The notes under the pieces: model-generated
Seen by the model: only the letters and a program-made list of their open reading frames with translations
Database searches by the model: none
What the model was told of the DNA's origin: nothing
Part shown: piece after piece, positions 27,586 to 39,500 of the stretch
Position numbering within the stretch: position 1 is the first letter of the stretch
How the letters are laid out: each line of letters starts with the position of its first letter
Translations under genes and position numbers: made by a program
Assembly (NCBI GenBank): GCA_050084985.1
Contig: JBITNC010000001.1
Location: 50,592,001 to 50,656,000 of the forward strand
Direction of reading: 5' to 3'
Length of the DNA stretch: 64,000 nt
From: Nageia nagi
Lineage: Eukaryota > Plantae > Pinophyta

Positions 27586-29393
27586 TGTAAGGCGTTGCAT
27601 CTTGGATGCAATATTTCAATTTTAGTTTATTTTGTTGCATAATTCAATATTTTGGACCTTAAATTTTATAAAAAATTTGTTAAACCCTTGTGCCGGATGA
27701 GGATTTGCTCCCACAAGTGTTGGACTTAATCTGGTGGTGCCACGTGGCACATTTTTGATTGGACTGTTGGTATTTTAATAATTTTATATTAGTTAGGGTT
27801 AGGGCAACACTTACAACTGCCTTACAAACTATAAATAGCCCTAGAGGGCTCATTTGTGTAGAGGGAGAGGAAATTTTGAGAATGGAACTCTGAAACATTT
27901 TGCAACTAGATGAGAAGAGTAATTCTTTCTAATTCGCACTTGTCTATTGTGAACGCGGCATGATCTTTGAAATGAAAATCGCACAACTCCATTTTATGGT
28001 ATTATGAACTTAGACATGTGATGTTAGTCATTGATGTGTGTTGCTTGAGATACTTGAAACATTTCACAAACCCCTTGAAGGGTGGATGAAAGAGTGGTTG
28101 AATATCTTTTGAAGTATTGAATGTGATACATGATACATGATTGCTCATTGTATGCAGTTAGACTTATATAACTCTGAAAGTGGGTTGCTCTATGACGTTT
28201 AGTGTGAACTTCATCCACATATTGACAGTGTCACCCTTGTCCCTTATGTTGGGTGGTTTTTCTTTCCTACCCTAGAGTAGTGAGAAGAACTCCAACACCT
28301 TAGGTGAAGGGACGTTACTCCCTTCTGCTATAGGGACTGGTTAACCCAAAGGTCAACTTCACGATTTGGACAAAGATAACTCAAGGGATAGCTGAGATGT
28401 TTAAAGCTGCCACCAACATGAATATCATGTGTGGATTCAAGGACTCAATTGTCTTTATAGCCAGGCAAAGTTGTTTCTAAAAAATGCTGAAAGGGAAACA
28501 TGGGTGCGAAAATCGCAGGAAAAAAGTGTAAAATAAAATAAAATAAATTGGTGGAGAGACTGTGGGTAGTGGGATGCAACTATAGGCATGCATAATCATA
28601 GGCTTGGGGTAAGGCCCTCAAAATTTGACTTGCTAGGTCTCGACATAGGTTCCATGCACCCTCAATCCGTTCCACTAGCCAAAAACAAGAATGGTCTACT
28701 GGAAGGAGCATGAAGTTGTGGCAAGGATTGAATAGGATTGTATGAAGGTAACACTCAACGATCCGGGTGAAGTTCCTACTATGAGCGACATCAACAAGAC
28801 ATCTTGAGATATCCAAGCCTAAGGTTGAAATGACAAAATATTACTAACAAGGTGCTAATCAACCACTTCATGAAATTTTCAAGCATTCTCTTGTCCACCC
28901 CAAATGGAATTTACAAGATGCACCAAGTGATGTGAGTTAACACAAAGTAGTGATAGAACAACTAGACAGCATTGTCAATCATTCATTCAAATTTGGCATT
29001 ACAACATGAGAGCATATAAACATAATTACATTCACATACACCACATTCAACAAATTTAGAAAAATTTTATGTGGCAAGCAAAAGTTCCTTCAACTTGTTA
29101 AAATGTCAATCCCCCTCTTTCCAAAGAATCAAAATGGGGTATAAATAGTTTTGGAGCAACCATCAACGTTGCCCTAACCCTAATTACATGTTCCAAGAAA
29201 AATAAATGTGGTCCAATAATAAAGTGTCGCATGGCATTACAAGATTTATTCTAGCACTTGTGGGAGCAAATCCTCATCCGTCACAAGGCTATAGGTCTTT
29301 GGGATCCAAATTTAAAATAAAATTGCAATAAAATAACATTAAATAAAAGCTAATTGTTGCGCCTGCAACGTCCCGCCTCAATGATTCCATGGT

Positions 29394-29909
29394 TTATTCT
29401 AGTTGGTCTGCCTTCTTTGTCTCTGCAACAGTATGCCTGAGGACTTCATCATCAACTGGTTGAGGGTATTCTTGTCCGCCTGTAGCTACCTGGTCTTGAA
29501 GAAGATCTAGATTGGAAGGTGTAGTCTCTCTTCTAGGCTCAACTTCCCCTGCCTCTCTTCCAACTCCTTGGCAAGCCTGGTGATATCTCTGATCCACTCT
29601 GCCCCAGTAGTCTTGACTTCATCGATTTGACTTTTAAGTGTGGGCCTCCAAGTCTTGCAACTTCTTCGGGTATTTGTTCAAGGAAGCTTTGGTGACAGCA
29701 ACCGTATTGTTGACTTTGAACACAAACCTACTCACATAGTGAGTGTTTGTAGATTTATCTCTTGCTCTTAGGTTGGGATCCTCATAAAGTGTTCTCTTTA
29801 AAGCTGCGATGTCAACATTGTGCTTTTGACTTGGCAATGCATCGCTAGTGATCATGTCTTTCCTTGTCTTTTCTTCTTGCTTTGGTGTCTTGGAGTTTGG
29901 TTCAGCCAT
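29394..29909 (-). pseudogene. LTR-embedded ORF of unknown function, copy 2
   Basis: MAEPNSK...DIAALKRTLYEDP...THYVSRFVFKVNNTVAVTKASL...EWIRDITRLAKELEERQ (frameshifted). Confidence 0.75.
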
Positions 29910-30137
29910 TCTAACGTAAAAGATGAAGAGCAGAATAATTTGACTTTGAGAAAATGAGCCCTCTGGGCTAGTGTTTATAGGCAAATTCATGTCTCGTAGA
30001 AACCCTAGTCGGCTAGGCATGAGAGGAATTGAGCTTGGCCACCGAGATGGCCAACCTCGAAGATACGTACACCCCCAAACTTCCATGCCTAGCCATCGAA
30101 AACTAGACATGGGGGGTTTGGGGCTCTTCCAAGGCTG

Positions 30138-31092
30138 GAGCATGCCTAAAAAGACAAGATTTTGTCTTTCTAGAGCATGCACTCAACCCGGGATGCATGG
30201 TTTCCGTTTGTTGTTTCTCCATGCTCCCCACTTGTCCGTCTTCGATCCTACAAGATCATGATGAGACTTGAACTTGTCCGTTTTTTCCCTTCTTGGTGTC
30301 CTAGCTTGTCAAATTTGTCCCATGAACTGGTCCAAACACCTCCCAGGTTGAGCGCATGATTCAAAAGACAAGATTTTGTCTTTTCGAAACGTGCGCCCAA
30401 CTCACTAGCTCCTCCAGTGTGAGTGCATGACCCAAAAAGACAAGATTTTGTCTTTCTAGGGCATGCGCCAGGTTGCAGATGGCCAGATTGACTACGTTTT
30501 GGCTTTCTGCTCTTAGGACTTTGCTAATTTTCCGTGTTTCCTCCATCCTGTTGTCTCCTCAAGCTTGGCACATGCTCCCAAAAGACAAGATTTTGGTTTT
30601 TGAGGCATGCGTCGACCCCTCTACTCCTGTTGAAGTCGGATTCAGGCTTTGAGGCTCCATGCCTCAGCCAAATTTAACATTTCGATCAAACTGGATGCCT
30701 TCCTGCTCTTGGCGCATGCTCCCAAAAGACAATATTTTGTCTTTTTGAGGCATTCGCCAACCTCTTGGGTGGGTATGCTTCACTTTACTGACCTTCAAAC
30801 TCGTCCAAGAGGCTTCCTAGCTAGGCGCATGCTCCCAAAAGACAAGATTTTATCTTTTTGAGGCATGCACCAGCTTGAGATGCCTTCTGCTAGCCTTCTC
30901 ATCCTTTGTTCCAATCCGGGCATCTCCCAAAGCTTGGCACATGTCCTAGAAAGACAAGATTTTGTCTTTTTGAGGCATACACTGGGCCTGGAATTGGCCC
31001 AGTTTGCCTTTCCAGACGTGGACTCCAACTTGGACATCTTCTCGAACCGAGCGCACAACCCACAAAGACAATTTTGTCTCCTAAGGCATGCG
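30138..31092. repeat. Palindrome array (aaaagacaagattttgtctttt core), ~8 copies
   Basis: Same motif as 15270-16480, in the opposite orientation. Confidence 0.9.
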
Positions 31093-33483
31093 CTAGGCCT
31101 AGGAGTGGCCCAAACTAACTTGGCTTATTTCTGACCCAACACGAGTTTCCCTAGTTCACCTAAACTCGACTTGAATTTCCAAACTTAGCCATTTTTTGAA
31201 GGATTTTGGCTTTTATTCTAACATGACTAAGACCAGGCGACTTGCCGCACTTAAGTGACCTAATGATTAACATGATTCCCAATTGGATGGAGTCGGGATG
31301 ATGCGAGACAAAATGTGGACCTACACAAATGTGAGTTGCAGTGAGTCCCCAAAATCACAAGATTTTGGGGCGAGTTGTGTAGGGCACAACACCTTAGATG
31401 CATGCTCCCTTCACTAGACCATTTGTGTTGTTTGCTAGTGTGAGTGGATGTATCCTCCTAGACCCTTCGTGTAGTCTAGCTAGAATGAGAGGATGTGTGG
31501 GTGTGGAACTCACAAGAAACTCGAAGGAGCTTGGCCTTTAGACATTGTAGACATTGTACTTGTAGATGGAGCCTGATGCAAAGAGCTAAACTCTTGTGCC
31601 TTTAGCCATTTCAATCTTCCCTCGTATTTTTCTTTTATTTTAAACTTTTTTCCACGGCTTTTGTACCCCTATTTTATTTATTTTGTCCAATAAACAACTC
31701 TTGTCTAGAAACGAAGACAATCTAATTCCTTAATTAACAAATTTTATTTAACTTGGTGTCAGCTTCAAACATCCTAACTAGTCTCCTGAGTCAATTCTTG
31801 CACACCCATTTCACGAGACCTTTGAGGTAACCAATCCTCATACCAGGTAGGACTAACACCCTTCCACCTAGGTGTTGGTGTCTTTCACAAGCCCTGCAAG
31901 TCAATTTTCCTATTCACAAGGTAGGAAAGAAAAAGGCCCAACAGAGAGGACATTTTAAGGGATCAAAAAATCAAAATTTTCGTAATTTAAGGTCTCAAAA
32001 GTTCCCTAGGACCTATGTGCACCCCAGGAAGACTTAAAAAGGTCAAATAAATCTTAAAAGGGCTCAAAAATGCAAGAGAAAGGAGGTCGCACCATTCCAA
32101 GGCCTTCAAATTTTTGATGGGATGAAATGATGAACCCAAGGAAGAGTAAATGACACAAAAAGCCCATTTGCAACTTTTCAACATCTTAAAATTCGTAAGA
32201 GGGAAAGGAGGTGTGAAATTACCTTTGAAAGGTGATTTTTAGGGGTGAAAAAATCTTATTTTGAATATCTTATGGTCCTAAAAATTCCCCAAGACCCATG
32301 TGCAACCCCTAAAAGACTTAAAAGAGTAAAAAAAGTGGTTAAAACAACTTAAAGATGCCACAAGAAGGTAGGTTGCATCATTTCTAGGCCTTAAAATTCT
32401 TAAAGAGGACAAAATGATGTGTCCAAGGAGGAATAAGAAGTCCAAAAATGCCAAATTCACACGAAAATGGAGGCTTAAAAATCTTAAGAGGGCAATGAAG
32501 TGCGAAATTCTCTTGGAGAGGCCATTTGAGAAGTTAAAAAACAAGTATCTTGAGATCTCGAAAGCACCTCAAGACATGTGTGCACCCTTAGGAGGACTTA
32601 AGAAGGGTAAATAAAGGATTAAAAGGCTCAAAAACACATCAAATAGGAGTTCACATCATTTTAAGGTCTTAAATATCTTAAGAGGTCAAAATCATGTGCT
32701 CAAAGCGATCCAAGAAGGGAAGAAAATCCATGCACATCATTCCAAGGGCTTAAAAGTTGTAAGGGAGTGAAATGATGCACCCAAATCACTTGAAATTGGC
32801 ACATTTCCCTAGGCAAACATCAAGAGGGAGTTAAAAAATGCCCAAATTTAGCTTAAAAAGGTATAAAAGGGAGACAAACACTTCATTTCCATATCACACT
32901 TCTTCCAAGTTTTCCTTGTGCGCACCATTTTAGGAGCTTAGGAGTTTTAAGACTTCAAATCCATCCGCAAGCCTCCAAGAGCTTCCAAATTGCATGTTTG
33001 AATGACAAAGGGGTCAAAATTGCTCATTTGCATCATTTTGAGGGCTTAAGGATTTTAAGGCTTCATTTCCATGCGCTCAATTCTAGACCCTCATTTCATG
33101 TGAAATAAAGCCAATCTTCCACCCAATGGTCACATGCCAAGTGTCATAGATGTATTCAAAAGGGGATATAAAGGAGGTATTAGGACTTCATCTTGGTAAA
33201 CACCCACATCCTTTTCCTCCATTCACATCATTTAGGAAGCTTAAGAGCTTTAAGAACCTAAATCCATGCACAAGTTTCCTAGGGCATCCATTTTGCAAGT
33301 TTGCGAGATCAAAAGGGTTGGAAACTCCCATTCAAACCAATCTTCCACCCAAGTGCCTCATCTCATTCCTAGCCATCCTCCACCATCCCATTCCACCATT
33401 CTCAAGTCCAAACATCCACTCCAAGCCTATTTTTGCTAACATTTGTCTTCTACAATAGGTATTATTTCATTTGCAGGTTAGAG

Positions 33484-33945
33484 ATGGTAGAGACAAATTC
33501 CAAGACAAAAGGAAAGTAGATTGAACCAGAGAATGAGAAGATGGTGACCACTAAAGTTGTTTCATCAACCAAAGATGCCAATAAGAAGTTTAATTTTGAT
33601 CTAGCAGCGTTAATCAGAGCTCTACATGAAGATCCAAGACAAAGAGTGAGGGACGAATCCACATCAAACAAATATGCAAATACATTCATTTTCAAGCACA
33701 ACAACACACTATTTGTCACCAAGGTTTCCTTAAAGAAAGATCTTAAGGAACCTCAAACTTTGGAGGTCCACACTCAAAAGATGGGAATTGGAGAGATCAA
33801 GTCAACTGATGCAGACGGATTGATGAATTCAACAGGACTGTAAAGGAGATGGAAGAGCATCAAAAGGAGAATCTTGATGAAGAAACATCCACCAAATCAC
33901 GCTTCCCAAGGCACAAACATCAAGAAATGGCCAAAGAATTTTTAT
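33484..33945 (+). pseudogene. LTR-embedded ORF of unknown function, copy 3
   Basis: MVETNSK...FDLAALIRALHEDPRQRVRDES...FIFKHNNTLFVTKVSL...IGEIKST. Confidence 0.75.
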
Positions 33946-36029
33946 TATTTTAAAAGACATCTTTTATTTTAAGTTTATTATCTAAGTCAGGAAGAGTTTT
34001 TGCTACTCACTTACCGAAATGTAATTTCATTTTAATTTCATTTTCATTAGGTTTAGGGTTAGGGAAACATCTAAATTAGGGTTTGTGCCTAACAAAAAAC
34101 TATAAGTACCCTTTGAGGGCTGTTTGGAGCAAGGGAGTAGAAAAGTGAGAGCTAAGAAGAGCACACTCGTGAAGAGCAATGCCAAGAAACTATTTGTCCT
34201 TTTTTGGGAATATGAATGGCATGTGTTTAATTTGTTCTTATGCATGGTGTGACTTAAGCATTTGTGTTTATTTCTTTTGAAAACCTGGAGTTTTAGAGAA
34301 AGTTGATTGAATATCTTTTGAAGTGTTTAAATTATTGTTCTTTCATATTTTGCACTGAAAGTGTCCGTACTCTAAACATGTTTATTTCTTATGTCATTTG
34401 GAAGTTTCTTTCATTCAAAACTTGGCCATCAAGCGATTTTTAGAAGATTGAAACACGTTCCGCTCTTGTCTTTCTACAATTCAGATGAAGTCGTTTGTAG
34501 TTAGACTTGATTGAATGGATTAAAGACCTTATGAAACCCGAGGAAGATCAACGATTTAGACAATGCTGCACTTGACAATATTTTCTTGTTTTCTTTTCGA
34601 AAACCAGTTCTCTATTTTATTCTCCATTTTTATTTTCTTTGTTTTCCTTTTTTTTTTACAACTTATTTCCCTATCTGTTTGCTACACCTTAAATCCTAAC
34701 AAGAACTCAAACATTAAGAGTCTTAGTAAGGTTAGGAATCTCTTTTTGAAAAGCTAGAAACATACTCCAAATGCCTATAAAAATATGGGTAATAGTTGCA
34801 TCTCTACTTGATTGTCTCATTCCAAGATTTTATCACAAAATGTATACATTTTAAGATAGAAATCTTGGGGTATCAGTCCTTTCAAGCGAGCGTAGGTAAT
34901 GGTTACCTCACTCAGATGTTGGAACGCTTGACCATTTTGCCATCTCAATGGTACTTTGTAAGAGGAAGGAAAAACGTATCAACATGAAAAAGGTTCACAA
35001 ACCTTTCAATGAGAGTCCATTCCAAGGCCAACACTATTTTTGTTCATTGCCATCAATAACCACCTATATTGGCTTCCATAAACCTAAGGTTATGAGGCTT
35101 GTCCCTACAAGCTCTAGCAAGATTCCACCATTAGTTATGTATTTTCCCTTATAACCCCATACACATACCAAAATCTTGTATAAATACAAATTTGCTCCAT
35201 GTGTACCCTAGATTGTATGTTACTATAACCATGCCATCCCATGGATAGTGAGGCCTAAGAAAAGCTATATGCAATGCATTGATATCACACAAAGCCAATC
35301 CTATGGGACACCAATTAGAAATTACTTCCTTGTGTGACTAACGTGAGGCATTTCCTCTTGTGATGATAAAATTTCTGATTGCACCCCCTCTTCCCAAGCA
35401 CATCCCACCCCATGGCTATAAACCTTGGACTTATCTAAGCTCTCATGGACAAGCAACCATGCCATGTAATCAACTATGCTCAAATTTGGAAATAAAAGAT
35501 AAATAAGACTTTAGAAATTAATTTTACTCTATCTAGATAAGGAAAAGGAACTTAAAATTCACACTTAACAAAATTTAGAACTTATTTATTTATTGGTTGC
35601 AAAGTATAGCTGATCCTGAATTTCTCCTCTTCCATCTAAAGAAGCAACATCCAAGATAACATATGTAACAAACTTCAGCACAATTTCCACCCAAATCTGA
35701 AAATCGTAATCCAACCTTAATCAAAACAGTTGTAAAAAAAATTCTTCCCAATAATGCAATAGAAGCTAAGGAAACAACCCTTCCGAAAAACAGATTAGAA
35801 TTACTATCTTCCATATTCAAAAGTCTTGAATCCTTTCTCCTTTTATATTGTACTAAGTCATTTTTATGGGCCATATCATAAATCACTTATAAAAAATTCC
35901 GTTTAAAATACCCTTTTGACCCCCTTAAAATGTATTTTTCCCTTATTTTCAAATCCAAGATTTCATTAATGGCCCTTAACAAATCACATATTAATTTTTA
36001 AATATAGAGGAAATAAGTTGGGACTTTTA

Positions 36030-36230
36030 ACTATGAGATCCCAGGTAGATTTCATTGCCTTTTCAAAGACAATCTACAATCTCTACCCTCCTTCAGCTAC
36101 CCAAATCAGTGATGCCTTGCATTTTACATTAGACAGACAATTCAACTTCGACAACATAGGAACTCTTCTCATGGAAACTCTCAACCTTCACACACCCGAC
36201 CCATCACAAAATACTTCACCTGATAGATGA
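36030..36230 (+). mobile_element. LINE 3'-end fragment
   Basis: YEIPGRFHCLFKDNLQSL; homologous to 13910-14105. Confidence 0.6.
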
Positions 36231-36448
36231 TTAGGGAGGGGGCATTGAATGGAAATGCCATACATAGGAGCGCACAAGCAAAGACAGGGTCACTAGGTGG
36301 GGCATCCGTGTTTCTTTAGAGATTCAGAGAACTGATAGTTAGAGTTAGATTGCTAATTTCCTTAATAAATATTCTTCAGCCTTGAATGTTAGGAGAGACT
36401 ACGATTCAGTTGGAGAGTGTGCCCCTCAAGGCAGCCCTTTTAGAAATT

Positions 36449-37182
36449 TGTAATGTACCAAAAATAAATATTTTTTGTAAATGTCTCTACACTTAATTAT
36501 AAAAGTGAAAAAGGAGTTCATGTGACTAGGAGACATAACTTAAGTTGTGTTTATTTATGTTTTATATTTTTATTTTGTAATAGGGCACTTTAAGTGATTT
36601 TAGGGTTGGGAGATGTCAACTCCAAATTAGAATATGAGCTTATAAAAGGGAAGTGGGCATCCCATTTGAGGAAGCTTGTGGATCATCTATTTTATTATTT
36701 TTGAGTGAAGGAGATTCCTTTCTCAACCCAAGTGTGCACGTGTTTATGCATATTTGGATCTCAAGGGTTGTGGGCCTTAGTCTTGGGGGTGTTTGTACAC
36801 CTAGAGCTAAAGGTAGCTATTGCTTGGGAGACTTTAGGAGTTGTGGGCCTCAATCTTGGGGATGCTTGCACATCTAGAGTTGGAGGTAGCGATTTCTTGG
36901 AGAGATCTTGAGGGTTGGAGGCCTTGCATGGGAGCCTAGCCTCATTCTGTTGCATCATTTTCAGATCTGGCCAATTTGTGGCATTTTTGTGAGCTTGGAT
37001 CTGCATTTGTGGCACTTCAGCTATTGTATTGGTTTGACATCATTTTTTTTAATAAAATTCCTTGGCTGATTCTCTCCATTATTTTGCATATTTTTCTGAG
37101 TTTTGACATTGTTCCTTGGCTGCAAGTTTATTTCTGTGTTTTGAGCATTCACTTGAGCAATAAAAATAAAAAGAACATTACA
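36449..37182 (+). repeat. LTR (left copy)
   Basis: tgtaatgtacc...aacattaca, followed by the PBS. Confidence 0.95.
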
Positions 37183-37184
37183 AG

Positions 37185-37196
37185 TGGTATCAGAGC
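37185..37196 (+). promoter_or_regulatory. Primer-binding site (tRNA-iMet)
   Basis: tggtatcagagc. Confidence 0.93.
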
Positions 37197-38153
37197 TTGG
37201 ATCTTGCCAACCTGTGGTTAGATCTAACATTTTTCAAAGATTTGGAGTTAATGTTTTGCAAAAAATTCAGATCTTCAGTTTCTAGCATCTGGGTGTTGAA
37301 TATTTTTAGGGGATCTAATAGATCAAGGAGGTTTGCATTTTAAAAGCAATTTTTCAAGGTTAAAAGGCATTTTTTAAAGAAAATCTGCATTCCTAAACTA
37401 AGTCGTCTAGGGTTGAGAGATAAGAATTGCAAGATTGAAAGCTATTTTCAAACATAGAAAGTCTTGATCTATTATTCTAGCTAGTCAGAAAAATTTTGCT
37501 CAAGGATTCTAGGCAGAATTGGAGTTTTGAGTAAAAATTTCTGCAGAATTTTCAGATCTAGCATTTTTCAGTGTTTTTCAATTGTGGGTATCTCAGTTTT
37601 AGAGTTTTTTAGAATTAGGGTTGCCAATTTTCTGGTGAAAATCATTTTGGGTATTGCAGATTCTTGGTAATTTGTTTGGTTGCAGAAAGAAACCCTAATT
37701 TCGTGGGTATCAGGAAACCCTACTTTGAGGGGCCATTTGAGGCCAATTTTGGAGTTCCAGCATCAGATCCAGCATACTAAGCCAAACATCTAACCCTAAG
37801 GGGTATTTTTGAGCACTTTGTATGCAATTTTAAGCTTCTAGAAGGGTCCTTTTGAGGAAAAAAAGAAAAGTGATGTTTTTTAAATATTCTAGCAGGTGAA
37901 AGCATTTGTGGGGTGGATTTGAATACCCATTAAGCCTTACTTTGCATTGCTACCCTCAAAAAAATTCTACAAAAATGTTTGGTATGAGATCTAGCATTTC
38001 CTATGATTTTTTACCAATTTTCAAAAATTAAATTGCAGAAATAGGTTTGCAAAATTATTGTAGAGTTTTTCAGTTTTGGACTATCTAGGTTTTGTGGTTT
38101 GGGATCTGGTTGAAGCAAAAGTTTTTGGGGGTTGAATTGGTTAATGGTGGATC

Positions 38154-39335
38154 ATGGCACTAGTTGGCAAAAAAGAGGTGATTAAAAGGCTCAATTATGC
38201 CAGAGAAAAACTTAGAATTCTCTTTCAGCCAATAGATGCTCTTATTTGCATCTTAGAAGAAGTAGAGGATTGTCTGCATATGATGGATGAGCCACATGTA
38301 GATTTAATTCCAGTGGTAAAATCATTAAGCAAGGCGAAATGGTTGAACCACAAGGATAAGGAGGTAAGAATTATGGTTGCTTCATGTTTGTGTAAAATAT
38401 TGCAAATTTATGCACCTAAAACTCCTTATGATGACAACACATTGAGAGCAATATTTCAGCTGTTGGTTGATAGTTTTGAGGGTTTAAGAAATGTTTCAAG
38501 TTCTCATTTTGCTAGAAGGGTTTCTCTACTTGAAATATTTGCAAAAACTAGAATGGGAAATCTTTTGTTAGATTTGGGAATGGATGAATTAATCTACCAA
38601 ATGTTTCATCACTTCATTGCATCAGCAAGACAAAAGCATGCTAATAATGTCATTTCAGCCATGAGAGATATTATGGTCTTGATTATAAATGAAGGTGATT
38701 ATATTTACCAACCACTCTTGTCCATGTTATTGGATGTTTGGAGGAGAAATTTGATTTCTACTGCAGCTGCCCATTATTTGGTTGATAGTGTTCTAAAACA
38801 GTGTGAAAAGAAGTTGAAATGCTTCTTTGGAAATGAAGGGTCTAAGGATGATTCTACAGATTTTTCCCTTAATGATAAGGACTATGTTGATGAATCAGCT
38901 TTGGAAAATATGGAAAAAATTGAAACTGTCCATCAAAAAGAAGAGCTTGAGGTAATTTGTGCAGAAAATTCTGAAGTTGTTTCCACCACTGAAAAAGAAG
39001 AAGGCCAAATAGAAAATTTTGAAGAAGAACATAATGAAGACATTTCAACATTGGAGCATGGTTCATCTTGCATGGCTGATTACATTCAAGAGATTGGTAA
39101 TAGAGATGTCACTCTTTCACATGAGGTATGTTTCAAAAAGACCCAAAATACTTCATTTTGTACACTTGTTGGGAATGAAATCAATGAAGAACATAATAAT
39201 TGCATTGGAGAATTTTCAGTTAGTGATAGTTTGAATGGAGTTAAGAGAGATTTCCAAATTGAGTCCTTTGGTGATCTCATTCCTTGCAATAAAGTAGTAA
39301 AGAATATAAAAATCAGCTTTGGAAACTATGAGTGA
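38154..39335 (+). CDS. PDS5: PDS5-like N-terminal HEAT domain + acidic linker + start of a retroviral protease remnant (retroelement-borne)
   Basis: WLNHKDKEVRIMVASCLCKILQIYAPKTPYDD...IFQLLVDSFEGL...RRVSLLEIFAK...LLDL...QMFHHF...AMRDIMVLIINE aligns to the PDS5 N-terminus; 393 uninterrupted codons, no introns. Confidence 0.88.
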   Translation: MALVGKKEVIKRLNYAREKLRILFQPIDALICILEEVEDCLHMMDEPHVDLIPVVKSLSKAKWLNHKDKEVRIMVASCLCKILQIYAPKTPYDDNTLRAIFQLLVDSFEGLRNVSSSHFARRVSLLEIFAKTRMGNLLLDLGMDELIYQMFHHFIASARQKHANNVISAMRDIMVLIINEGDYIYQPLLSMLLDVWRRNLISTAAAHYLVDSVLKQCEKKLKCFFGNEGSKDDSTDFSLNDKDYVDESALENMEKIETVHQKEELEVICAENSEVVSTTEKEEGQIENFEEEHNEDISTLEHGSSCMADYIQEIGNRDVTLSHEVCFKKTQNTSFCTLVGNEINEEHNNCIGEFSVSDSLNGVKRDFQIESFGDLIPCNKVVKNIKISFGNYE

Positions 39336-39500
39336 TGAGCAATTCTTTGTTTTTCCATTGGGTGGTGTGCCTCATATGGTTTTGGGAGTCCAATGGCTTT
39401 GGTCTCTTGGTGATTATTCTACCAATTATCAAAAATTGGAATTAAAATTTGTACTAGATGGCAAGAGTAAAGTGCTACAAGGAATCAGGGAAAACACATC
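39250..39500 (+). pseudogene. C-terminal half of a Ty3/gypsy aspartic protease (frameshift near 39330; catalytic D-S/T-G absent)
   Basis: IPCNKVVKNIKISFGNYE / EQFFVFPLGGVPHMVLGVQWLWSLGDYSTNY...VLQGI, similar to the proteases at 9958 and 10720. Confidence 0.85.

Larger units (their letters stand above)
28247..31391 (-). mobile_element. Large solo LTR (3145 bp)
   Basis: Minus strand TGTTGTGCCCTACACAAC...CCACCCAACA; perfect TSD CCTTA (28242-28246 / 31392-31396); homologous to the 14970 LTR. Confidence 0.92.
25490..34984 (+). mobile_element. Composite large-LTR insertion: two LTR-like units (ending 31943 and 34984) plus a nested solo LTR
   Basis: Starts TATTGTGCTTGCACAAC (family 5' end with G>A), ends GTATCAACA; flanks rejoin into the repeat also seen at 1660-2400; TSD poor (tgagc/tgaaa). 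Confidence 0.7.

Noticed and set aside
36653-37230. Short ORFs repeated at 42017-42627 and 42879-43455
   Set aside because: Chance frames in near-identical LTR copies
38154-39335. Host PDS5 gene
   Set aside because: Intronless, truncated, joined to a protease remnant and enclosed by LTRs/PBS/PPT inside another gene's intron
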